DNA of 64,000 bases from a virus: IMG/VR virus record IMGVR_UViG_3300042013_000056, positions 118,860 to 182,859 of that record; one strand, 5' to 3'. This document shows positions 8,382-15,412 of this stretch, in pieces (the stretch's first letter is position 1; each line of letters opens with the position of its first letter). Below the pieces are notes generated by a model, which saw only the letters and a list, made by a program, of their open reading frames with translations, was not told the DNA's origin and did not search any database. Made by a program: the position numbers and the translations under genes.

Positions 8382-9095
8382 TCAAAGTTCGTGTGAGATT
8401 TCCAACTTGTGGAATACAGCACGACTACCCTCATCGGGTGTGGTTGTGTCGGTTGGGTCTTCTTGGTTGTAAACACCAGCTTTCATGTACAGTTCACGAA
8501 CACCCCAGCTAGGTTCGAACGCCAAGTCTAGTTTTCCATCACGTCGTAGACCGGTTTTATCGGTGTAACTCGCATTGAAAATAACCTTCCCAGATTTGGT
8601 TACGTGGATAACGAATGTGAATCGAGCCCCAAGAGGGATATCTTTCAACAAAGCGTAATCTACAGGATTCGTCTGATCGAATGCCTTACGGAATCCAACA
8701 GTCAGTTGACCAATACCGTCTGCTGCTTTATCAAAAGACAGTTTGACAGGTGGTCTAGTTGAATCTTTAACATGAATCTGACCAATAACAGTTTCGCCAC
8801 CCTTTGGAACTTGATTAACAGTCATTGCTACACGCAGCCAATGGTCACTGAAATCAGCGAACTTCCAATTATACGTGGCACCTTGAGCGGTTACTTCACG
8901 CAGTTCTGTGCGGGTACGACTTGTTGACTTGGATGATGCGCCCTTGGTAGGTGCCCATAGACGGATATCACCATTCGATTCAACTGAAAAGTATTCGTTC
9001 TGTGGGAAAGTACCCGGTGCATATGTAATACATTCATCACTACCGGGGAACTTTGGTTCTGGGGTAGTGAGGTTAAGCAGATTTAACAGAATCAT
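8382..9095 (-). CDS. Polysaccharide lyase family 7 (alginate lyase)
   Basis: All three PL7 motifs: RTELRE, GQIH, YMKAGVYNQ. Confidence 0.88.
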   Translation of the reverse strand: MILLNLLNLTTPEPKFPGSDECITYAPGTFPQNEYFSVESNGDIRLWAPTKGASSKSTSRTRTELREVTAQGATYNWKFADFSDHWLRVAMTVNQVPKGGETVIGQIHVKDSTRPPVKLSFDKAADGIGQLTVGFRKAFDQTNPVDYALLKDIPLGARFTFVIHVTKSGKVIFNASYTDKTGLRRDGKLDLAFEPSWGVRELYMKAGVYNQEDPTDTTTPDEGSRAVFHKLEISHEL

Positions 9096-9144
9096 GAAAA
9101 CACCTTTAAATTTTAGAAATTACAATCAAGGTATATTCATCAAT

Positions 9145-9221
9145 TGGTGCCAACACTGAGCATCGAACTCAAGTCTCATCCTTACCAAAGATGTATTCTA
9201 ACCAATCTGAACTATGTCGGC
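9145..9221 (-). tRNA. tRNA-Thr(GGT)
   Basis: Cloverleaf, TT-GGT-AA, CCA. Confidence 0.9.
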
Positions 9222-9326
9222 TTGATGCCCATTCAAGGGCTTGCTGTATGCGGTATTAGCCGCGTCGCGAAGGGACGTTACAGCTACGACCACTCCACCG
9301 GCACATGGCAACCCATGGCGCTAAGT

Positions 9327-9401
9327 TGGTGTTCCCGGTCGGTAACGATCCGACTACCCGTTGCGTGTAAGGCAACCGCTCTCCCTTTGAGCTACAGGAA
9401 C
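9327..9401 (-). tRNA. tRNA-Val(TAC)
   Basis: GTTGC-CT-TAC-AC-GCAAC, CCA. Confidence 0.9.
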
Positions 9402-9407
9402 TTTTAA

Positions 9408-9462
9408 CAGGTTACAGTTTTGGTTTTCATATGCGAGAAAGTTTGGACTGCTGTTTGTAACC
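9408..9462 (-). ncRNA. AACAGCA-motif stem RNA, copy 1
   Basis: GGTTAC-A-AACAGCAG...AAAACT-GTAACC-TG. Confidence 0.6.
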
Positions 9463-9467
9463 TAAAT

Positions 9468-9541
9468 TGGCAGGGGTAGTAGGAATCGAACCTACGACAA
9501 CGATGTCAAAGACCGTTGTGATACCATTTCACCATACCCCA
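9468..9541 (-). tRNA. tRNA-Gln(TTG)
   Basis: CT-TTG-AC loop, CCA. Confidence 0.9.
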
Positions 9542-9691
9542 ATCTAACATGGTCAGCCGCTGCCTGACCGTAATACTACTTGTTCTTTACGAACTGGCTG
9601 TATCTGCGCTACGCGGGTCTGTTACCGTCATATTTCAACGGCTTGGTGTTTAACGTGCTTGAGACTCATACTCACACGATGCTTGCGCATT

Positions 9692-9781
9692 TGGCGGATA
9701 CAGTAGGTATCGAACCCAAGCCGTATTAACAGCCCAACTGGTTAGCAACCAGCGCTACCAAACCTTGGCAGATCAGTATCC
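9692..9781 (-). tRNA. tRNA-Ser(GCT)
   Basis: TT-GCT-AA, long variable arm, G73, CCA. Confidence 0.88.
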
Positions 9782-10014
9782 AAATCTTCTACAACAGTGC
9801 GGGATTCGAGGTAATCAATGTTTCTCTGATTACACACCAACACAACTCCGTACTTTTCACGTAATTCTTTGCTTGCTGCGATAGCCGCATCCAAACGTTC
9901 TTTCATTTTAGCGCGCTGTTCAGCCCTTTCATCCGGTGACTGTTGCTCATGATAACGCTTGAGCAATTCAGGGCACAGATGGAAGCCTGTATAACCGCAA
10001 TGATCACATTTCAA
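9742..10014 (-). CDS. Hypothetical protein (CxxC N-terminus); 3' end runs into tRNA-Ser
   Basis: 90-aa ORF coupled to 10011-10226. Confidence 0.55.
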   Translation of the reverse strand: MKCDHCGYTGFHLCPELLKRYHEQQSPDERAEQRAKMKERLDAAIAASKELREKYGVVLVCNQRNIDYLESRTVVEDLDTDLPRFGSAGC

Positions 10015-10226
10015 GCCGAAACTACCGGTGCGAGTACCGCTTCGATGAAAAACTTACCATCATCAACAATACCAGCGACCTGATGGCCTTCAACCATGAT
10101 ACCAACACGGCGCATATCGAATTCTTCTGAAGTGTTCCCGAACTTCGAATAGTCTGGAATGTAGCCAAGAGATTCAACACCCAAATCAACTTCAACAGGA
10201 ACTTCTTTCAACGGCAGATTCAACAT
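10011..10226 (-). CDS. Hypothetical protein
   Basis: 71 aa, preceded by TGAGA as in several genes in the array. Confidence 0.55.
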   Translation of the reverse strand: MLNLPLKEVPVEVDLGVESLGYIPDYSKFGNTSEEFDMRRVGIMVEGHQVAGIVDDGKFFIEAVLAPVVSA

Positions 10227-10251
10227 TTGATTCTCACATGGTTATAACAGT

Positions 10252-10342
10252 TGGCAGCGTTAAGAGGTATCGAACCCCAACCGGGATTAGCCGGTCGAAC
10301 TACTTTCCAAGTAGACCCCATCACCATCAAGGATTTAACGCT
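10252..10342 (-). tRNA. tRNA-Ser(GGA)
   Basis: TT-GGA-AA, long variable arm, CCA. Confidence 0.87.
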
Positions 10343-10347
10343 ATATT

Positions 10348-10470
10348 TGGTGCAATGTCGCGGAGTCGAACCACGTTGTATCTCACTGACTGGGCCAATT
10401 TATCCCAGCGTTTAGGAAGCTATCCGTTGGCAACTAAATCAGGTCAACAATACAAGACCATTCACAAAGC
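10348..10470 (-). ncRNA. tRNA-like RNA (T arm, acceptor and CCA, but no D or anticodon arm), ~123 nt
   Basis: 3' end CGTGG-TTCGACT-CCGCG-ACATTGC-A-CCA; 5' GCTTTGT; long internal TTGTAT/ATACAA stem. Confidence 0.6.
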
Positions 10471-10475
10471 ATATT

Positions 10476-10551
10476 TGGTGCGGGCAACAGGACTTGAACC
10501 TGCAACTTCCTGCTTGGCAAGCAGGTACTCTACCAATTGAGCTATGCACGC
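10476..10551 (-). tRNA. tRNA-Gly(GCC)
   Basis: CCTGC-TT-GCC-AA-GCAGG, CCA. Confidence 0.93.
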
Positions 10552-10567
10552 ATTTTGAAACTTAATT

Positions 10568-10644
10568 TGGTGCCCATAGCGAGAATCGAACTCGCTTTTT
10601 ACGGTTGAAAGCCGTATGTCCTAGACCGTGTAGACGATATGGGC
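10568..10644 (-). tRNA. tRNA-Glu(TTC)
   Basis: TACGG-CT-TTC-AA-CCGTA, CCA. Confidence 0.93.
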
Positions 10645-10648
10645 AAAG

Positions 10649-10762
10649 CTGGCTGCATTAACTGTAGTCGCCAGACCAGAGTTAGGATTCTCTGCCGGGA
10701 AATCGAATCCCGGTAATTTTCGTCAAAAGGAAAGTTTAGTTAATTGGTTGCTGTTAGCAGCC
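10649..10762 (-). ncRNA. AACAGCA-motif stem RNA, copy 2, with internal T-arm-like hairpin
   Basis: GGCTGC-T-AACAGCAA...CCGGG-ATTCGATT-TCCCGG, CAGAG/CTCTG...AAT-GCAGCC-AG. Confidence 0.6.
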
Positions 10763-10773
10763 GTTCCTGTTTT

Positions 10774-10879
10774 TGGTTTGATACATCCCTAGTTGCACTT
10801 CCTGAGAAGGAATTTACGCAATTGCAGCAACTTATTGGGATTCGATCAGTTGTCTCGGTTACTCTGACCTTGTATCAAA
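10774..10879 (-). ncRNA. CCA-terminated structured RNA (TTTGA...TCAAA-CCA family)
   Basis: Closing stem TTTGATACA/TGTATCAAA followed by CCA. Confidence 0.55.
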
Positions 10880-10881
10880 TT

Positions 10882-10965
10882 TGGTACGGAATGAGGGATT
10901 CGAACCCTCAAGGGCACGGCTTCTAAGGCCGTTAGCTGTGCCAGATTTGCATTAGCCAATTCCGC
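10882..10965 (-). tRNA. tRNA-Leu(TAG)
   Basis: ACGGC-CT-TAG-AA-GCCGT; large D loop and unusually short variable region; CCA. Confidence 0.85.
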
Positions 10966-10997
10966 ATTGTTTCGTTTTTCTGTTGCTTATACGTTAC

Positions 10998-11030
10998 ATT
11001 CTATATCAAATGTCACACAGAATAAACATT
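10998..11030 (-). promoter_or_regulatory. Early/middle-type promoter
   Basis: AATGTTTAT-N18-TAGAAT. Confidence 0.75.
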
Positions 11031-11043
11031 AGAATCAATTATT

Positions 11044-11118
11044 TGGTGGACCGCAAGGGGATCGAACCCTTACCCCCGACGTGCAAGGCCGGTGTGCTCC
11101 CATTATCACTAGCAGCCC
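11044..11118 (-). tRNA. tRNA-Ala(TGC)
   Basis: CT-TGC-AC loop, G3:U70 pair, CCA. Confidence 0.93.
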
Positions 11119-11128
11119 ATATTGTTAT

Positions 11129-11350
11129 TTAGGCGTACCCAACGAACACATCGTTGATATACATCTTTAATTTCTTTTGTGGTAGCGCCCACTGTGCAGC
11201 ATATTGAATGGCTTCACGGTACGATTTAAACGGCCCGCGACAATCACCCTGCCCACGGCCTGTTCCTACGAACCATTCGCCGTTATCGAGCTTACAGACG
11301 CCACACAAGCCGCGTGCAGCCCGTTGTTTCAGGACTTGCAATCTGGACAT
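11129..11350 (-). CDS. Hypothetical protein
   Basis: 73 aa with a TGAGA-type leader. Confidence 0.55.
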   Translation of the reverse strand: MSRLQVLKQRAARGLCGVCKLDNGEWFVGTGRGQGDCRGPFKSYREAIQYAAQWALPQKKLKMYINDVFVGYA

Positions 11351-11419
11351 ATCATTCTCACAATAGAAGGCTGCAACGTAACAAAGAACCAGTCTAAGCC
11401 AGTGGATGCAGCTCGTTTT

Positions 11420-11494
11420 TGGTAGTTCCGACCGGGAACGATCCGGTGATTTGTCCTTATGAGGGACTTGGTTTACCGATTAGCCTACGGAACT
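11420..11494 (-). tRNA. tRNA with CAT anticodon (elongator Met or Ile2)
   Basis: CT-CAT-AA loop, A1-U72 paired, CCA. Confidence 0.85.
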
Positions 11495-11578
11495 ATATTT
11501 TTGACCTCTTGAGTGGCTTCTCCCCGAAGGTTTCCGCTTATATTGCCACTGGGAGTCACCCCAACGCCCGAAGGTGAT

Positions 11579-11657
11579 TGGTTGCGGGTGCTGGATTCGA
11601 ACCAGCGAGCTTTGGCGTATGAAACCAATGAGATAGGCCAGACTTCTCTAACCCGCA
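11579..11657 (-). tRNA. tRNA-Met(CAT), initiator-like body
   Basis: TGCGGGT...ACCCGCA-ACCA resembles fMet, but it lacks the three G-C pairs in the anticodon stem. Confidence 0.82.
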
Positions 11658-11658
11658 A

Positions 11659-12009
11659 TTATTCTAATCTTAACCGCACATGTTCTTCACGATGGCAGTT
11701 GGCACATAGCATCAAACACTTATCTAACTCCGCCTGTATGACTACCCAAGCTTTGTTATGTGTGTTGGCACCTATGCCGAAGTCTTTCTGTGTTGGGTCT
11801 TTGTGATGGAACTCAAGGGCTTCTACACACTTGTTGTAGCCGCACGTTTCACATCTACCACCCTTGTATGCAATAGCCATCATTTTGACTTTAGCACGCC
11901 GACGTTTTACAGCGTCGTACATACACTTGCGACAGCGCTCATGGTATTTCTGCACCGAATGGACTGTTTCACCATGCTTGGCACAGACCTTGATTACTGT
12001 ATCTACCAC
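11659..12009 (-). mobile_element. HNH endonuclease
   Basis: CETCG...LEFHHKDP...KCLMLCANCHREEH; inserted between tRNA genes. Confidence 0.85.
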
Positions 12010-12024
12010 ATCAGACCTTATATT

Positions 12025-12099
12025 TGGTGCTACTAGCAGGACTCGAACCTACGCCGATCGATTATCGGTCGATTGCACTACCAACTGTGCTATAGTAGC
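12025..12099 (-). tRNA. tRNA-Ile(GAT)
   Basis: ATCGA-CC-GAT-AA-TCGAT (C33), CCA. Confidence 0.88.
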
Positions 12100-12115
12100 T
12101 TTGTATCATTGAATT

Positions 12116-12192
12116 TGGTCACCCTACACAGATTCGAACTGTGTCTTCATCGTCCCAAACGATGTGTGCTAGCCGTTGAACACTATAGGGAG
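12116..12192 (-). tRNA. tRNA-Pro(TGG), copy 1
   Basis: TT-TGG-GA loop, CCA. Confidence 0.9.
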
Positions 12193-12194
12193 AT

Positions 12195-12276
12195 TGGTGG
12201 GTTATTGGTGGAATCGAACCACCGACCGTATCATACGTCCTGTACAAGACAGAATGAACAGCCAAACATGTAACCC
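12195..12276 (-). tRNA. Aberrant tRNA-like gene (Tyr-like, irregular D and anticodon arms)
   Basis: Good T arm, acceptor and ACCA; long variable arm; anticodon register ambiguous (TTGTACA). Confidence 0.5.
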
Positions 12277-12290
12277 ATGAAACTTTAAAT

Positions 12291-12366
12291 TGGTCACCCC
12301 GAACAGATTTGAACTGTTTCTTCATCGTCCCAAACGACGTGTGCTACCGTTGAACACTACGGGGAG
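12291..12366 (-). tRNA. tRNA-Pro(TGG), copy 2
   Basis: Near-duplicate of 12116-12192. Confidence 0.9.
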
Positions 12367-12629
12367 TTAATAGCAGGTTGGCACCCTTTAACTATTGTGT
12401 CTGAGGATAATTTCCGACACGCACACAGTTATATCCCACTGTTCGGTTGCTACTTATTCTCTGTAGCCGATATCCAAGCGAACTTGGCGGTTTGATTGGT
12501 GTATTGTTGTTTGAACGAGTTCGGCAACAATAGTCCTATCTCTCTAGTATTTTTAGAGGTTTGCTGTATTCCAACCTAATTGTGTAGGGTTAGATAGCCC
12601 TACGACCGTGCGGGGAGCAACAGTGTTCT

Positions 12630-12911
12630 TTACTTGTGCATGACATCTAACAGATACTGGAAATCACTATCAGCGGCCTTGTAGGCAGCTTGGCGACGTT
12701 CTTCCAATAACTCTGGTGTCATCACTTTAAGGTCGGCCAATAAAATACTGACACGAACCTTGGAATTTTTGATTACTACGCCTGCTTCGGACATAATCCG
12801 TTTACATCTGGCATCGGATTTACCGGTATACTCAACGACCTTGAACCAGCCGCGTTTGTCTTGGTAAAAACCTTTGTTGGAAAATACCAACGAACCCACT
12901 TGGACTGTCAT
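12630..12911 (-). CDS. Hypothetical protein
   Basis: Start trimmed to ATG 12911 (MTVQVGS) to remove overlap with the upstream gene. Confidence 0.6.
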   Translation of the reverse strand: MTVQVGSLVFSNKGFYQDKRGWFKVVEYTGKSDARCKRIMSEAGVVIKNSKVRVSILLADLKVMTPELLEERRQAAYKAADSDFQYLLDVMHK

Positions 12912-12915
12912 GTAT

Positions 12916-13251
12916 TTAGCGACCCCGATTTGCGAGCAAATGGTTACGAACTGCCTCGGCATGTGCGATTGCATCTTCATACATTTTCTCGACTTGCTGA
13001 ACGCTGATTTTCGTTACCCAAGCAACTTCAATCGGTTTACCCGGCTTTGGGTTGCTGGTGATGTATTCATTGTTGTCAACCAGACGTTTTGCCTTTACAT
13101 GCAAAATACCTTGGATTTCCAATACTTCTGAAACAACACCAATACCATCACGACCTTTGTTGCCGACACGGATTTTGATCAAATCACCAAACTGAATGTC
13201 TTTCGCAAGATCGTCTTGCATTCGCTTTTGCAAATGTGTCATCTGGTTCAA
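12916..13251 (-). CDS. Hypothetical protein (possible SH3/KOW-like beta fold)
   Basis: 111 aa, GDLIKIRVGNKGRDGIGVV. Confidence 0.6.
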   Translation of the reverse strand: MNQMTHLQKRMQDDLAKDIQFGDLIKIRVGNKGRDGIGVVSEVLEIQGILHVKAKRLVDNNEYITSNPKPGKPIEVAWVTKISVQQVEKMYEDAIAHAEAVRNHLLANRGR

Positions 13252-13272
13252 TATATAATTCTCACAATGAAT

Positions 13273-13375
13273 TGTATCTGAATCACCGGGTCAGTTACGC
13301 AACACCCTTTCGGGCACCCAATCTTTCAGGGCTTTACCGGCTAGCTGATTTTAGGGCTTTCGCCTACGATTCAAA
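13273..13375 (-). ncRNA. Structured RNA with GNRA-capped hairpins
   Basis: TTTGAATC/GATTCAGA closing stem; TAGGC-GAAA-GCC and GCCC-GAAA-GGGT hairpins. Confidence 0.5.
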
Positions 13376-13377
13376 TT

Positions 13378-13481
13378 TGGTTTGAACAGTTGGGTACGCA
13401 ATGATTACGTCATTTCACCCTCTCCACTTCGAGGCGACTGACCTAAGCCAGTTGTAATCACCCACAGATGTGTTGTTCAAA
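13378..13481 (-). ncRNA. CCA-terminated structured RNA (TTTGA...TCAAA-CCA family)
   Basis: TTTGAACA/TGTTCAAA plus CCA; shares AGGTCAG and ATTGCGTA with 10774-10879. Confidence 0.55.
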
Positions 13482-13483
13482 TT

Positions 13484-13559
13484 TGGTGCCGCAGAAAGGA
13501 CTCGAACCCTCAACCTTCTCATTACAAGTGAGCTGCACTACCAGTTGTGCTACAGCGGC
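13484..13559 (-). tRNA. tRNA-Thr(TGT)
   Basis: CT-TGT-AA loop, CCA. Confidence 0.9.
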
Positions 13560-13732
13560 TTTTTGTATTCCTGTCTCATAACAAAACGATTCATCAAAGC
13601 ATTAGCCAATGGATCATTGAGTAAATTTTTAATCAAATCCGGGGCCATCGGTTGAACCGATAGAAGTTCTCTTGCGAGTTGTTCCGGGTCAAACTTTGTA
13701 GCCCATTCACTCAACTGTTCTTTGGTCAGCAT
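13550..13732 (-). CDS. Hypothetical protein
   Basis: 60 aa; ends in TAG inside the 5' end of tRNA-Thr. Confidence 0.4.
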   Translation of the reverse strand: MLTKEQLSEWATKFDPEQLARELLSVQPMAPDLIKNLLNDPLANALMNRFVMRQEYKKPL

Positions 13733-14019
13733 GGTTCAGTCCGAAGAAGTGGATACTTCTCTTTGAAGCTTTCATGTTGACCACACCCGGAACACACATG
13801 AATGTATTTCGGTGGGTAAGTCAGGTAAGCTTCACCGGTTGCTACGAACTGCCCAACACAATTATTATGATCGGCGTGTACCTGATACGTTCGAACTTCA
13901 ACCTTGCGTTCTGTTAACAGTGCAGCTCTATTACGCTGAAACCGTTCAATCGCTTCTTCTCGGTTCATCATTTCCCACGTTTCTCCACAAGAGACTTTGC
14001 AAAATTGCAAGGCGAACAC
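13726..14019 (-). CDS. Hypothetical CxxC protein (true start probably near 13971)
   Basis: HVCSGCG zinc-ribbon-like motif. Confidence 0.5.
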   Translation of the reverse strand: MFALQFCKVSCGETWEMMNREEAIERFQRNRAALLTERKVEVRTYQVHADHNNCVGQFVATGEAYLTYPPKYIHVCSGCGQHESFKEKYPLLRTEPC

Positions 14020-14384
14020 ATGGTGGTTGTATTGCTGACATTATCAGCACCACCCGCACTTCTCGCTAACGTATGATCATGAGTAAACAGAATCTCATTG
14101 CCCTTTTTATCTTTGCCCCAGAGGTTCAGATGATATGGAAAATCATCAGTCTCTCTGACAGGACGTTCCACCGCATAGTAAGACGCGTGCAGCCCACATG
14201 CAGAACATTTGGTGCTACGATAAAACGTTCTTAACCGGGTTCCGCGACTGAACAGCTTGACTTGTTTACCAAACAGTTCAGTTCTGGGTTGATCCTTTGG
14301 GGAAGCTCCGACGACAGTTTTCTGTCTAGCCCGAATTTCCTTGATGTCAACAACACCTATACGATGATAATCTTGCGGCTTCAT
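13968..14384 (-). CDS. HNH endonuclease-family protein
   Basis: CSACG...FTHDHTLARSAGGADNVSNTTTMCSPCN; has its own promoter. Confidence 0.8.
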   Translation of the reverse strand: MKPQDYHRIGVVDIKEIRARQKTVVGASPKDQPRTELFGKQVKLFSRGTRLRTFYRSTKCSACGLHASYYAVERPVRETDDFPYHLNLWGKDKKGNEILFTHDHTLARSAGGADNVSNTTTMCSPCNFAKSLVEKRGK

Positions 14385-14414
14385 TGTATCAATCTCTTGC
14401 TTGGTTATGAATCA

Positions 14415-14447
14415 AGCATACCAGCATTGGAACAGAATGTAAACATT
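14415..14447 (-). promoter_or_regulatory. Early/middle-type promoter
   Basis: AATGTTTAC-N18-TATGCT. Confidence 0.75.
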
Positions 14448-14458
14448 TGAATCGAATT

Positions 14459-14655
14459 TGGTCGTGGGGGCCGGACTCGAACCAACGACCTTCGGCTTAG
14501 TTGCCGATGCTCTTAAAAACCGATAACCGCCAATGTGTCATCCGGAAAGCAACGCCCATATCCACAAAACACTTCTACTGGCATCTAGCGTCTACTATAT
14601 CGGTCGCGCACCGATGTTCAACATTCGAAATTTAATCCAACTGAGCTACCCCACG
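14459..14655 (-). ncRNA. tRNA-like RNA with a 123-nt insertion in the D loop and a 6-nt anticodon loop
   Basis: CGTGGGG-TA-GCTC-AGTTGGA[insert 14513-14635]GAGC-A-TCGGC-AACTAA-GCCGA-AGGTC-T arm-CCCCACG-ACCA. Confidence 0.75.
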
Positions 14656-14764
14656 TTGCGCCATGGTTTTAGATTCAGACCCATGAACTGAATATTGCCT
14701 TGCGGCTACCTGATACTAAAGTCGGGGTTCCCATTAAAGGGGTATCCAACAATTGCATCAAATT

Positions 14765-14841
14765 TGGCTGGATATCTTGGAATCGAACCAAGCTCAAGTG
14801 ATTAACAGTCACCCCGCAGCCGCCATGGCGCGTCATATCCA
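14765..14841 (-). tRNA. tRNA-Asn(GTT), copy 1
   Basis: CT-GTT-AA, G73, CCA. Confidence 0.88.
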
Positions 14842-14849
14842 ATTTAATT

Positions 14850-14925
14850 TGGTGGGGTTCTTTGGATTCGCACCAACAACTGCGAAGTCGATGCCACGCC
14901 GCTTTCCTAATTAAGCTACAACCCC
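14850..14925 (-). ncRNA. Aberrant tRNA-like RNA (irregular anticodon arm, TGCGAAT T loop)
   Basis: GGGGTTG acceptor, D stem GCTT/AAGC, ACCA. Confidence 0.6.
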
Positions 14926-14994
14926 TTCGTCACCCGATTCTTTCACTTCGGGTCTAGCGAGTGTTCGTTACCTTAGACATCGGGGTATCGAATT

Positions 14995-15071
14995 TGGCTC
15001 CGGTAGTAGGACTCGAACCTACGACCTGACGGTTAACAGCCGCCTGCTCTACCAACTGAGCTATACACGGA
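14995..15071 (-). tRNA. tRNA-Asn(GTT), copy 2
   Basis: CT-GTT-AA; bulged nucleotide in the acceptor stem; CCA. Confidence 0.87.
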
Positions 15072-15081
15072 ATTGAAATTT

Positions 15082-15172
15082 TGGTGGGGAACAGAAGACT
15101 TGCACTTCCAACCTTGGCTACTGGCCGACTATACCGGCGCTCGCCATGCTCTGCTAATTGAGCTAATTCCCC
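15082..15172 (-). ncRNA. tRNA-like RNA with the anticodon loop replaced by an extended hairpin
   Basis: GGGGAAT/GTTCCCC, GCTC/GAGC, TGGC-GAGC-GCCGG-TATAG-TCGGC-CAGTA-GCCA, T loop TGCAAGT, ACCA. Confidence 0.7.
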
Positions 15173-15228
15173 AGTACCGAATGCAATGATTGGAGTGGCG
15201 TGTACTTAGCCAGCCTCACATTGCATTC

Positions 15229-15308
15229 TGCTCTGTTGTGGATATCCCATTCCCATTGCACGTTCATAACGTCGGTGGAGGCATCGAACCCCGGATAAGA
15301 CAACAGCA
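15229..15308 (-). ncRNA. Circularly permuted tRNA-mimic (YrlA-like topology) candidate
   Basis: Closing stem TGCTGTTGT/ACAAC-AG-AGCA, then T arm GGGG-TTCGATG-CCTC, hairpin ACGT/ACGT, and a D-loop-like AATGGGAAT. Confidence 0.45.
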
Positions 15309-15333
15309 TTCTTTTTGATCGTTAGATCGAATT

Positions 15334-15412
15334 TGGTGGGAAAGGATGGAATTCAACCATCGTATTGCAGTGTCCAATGTTAACTGCTGCTCTTACATTC
15401 AGCCACTTTCCC
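15334..15412 (-). ncRNA. tRNA-like RNA with an 11-nt anticodon loop
   Basis: GGGAAAG/CTTTCCC, GCAGT-TAACATTGGAC-ACTGC, ACCA. Confidence 0.7.

Noticed and set aside
14513-14635. Group I or II intron in a tRNA
   Set aside because: Too short, in the D loop rather than the anticodon loop, and no P7 or domain V consensus seen.
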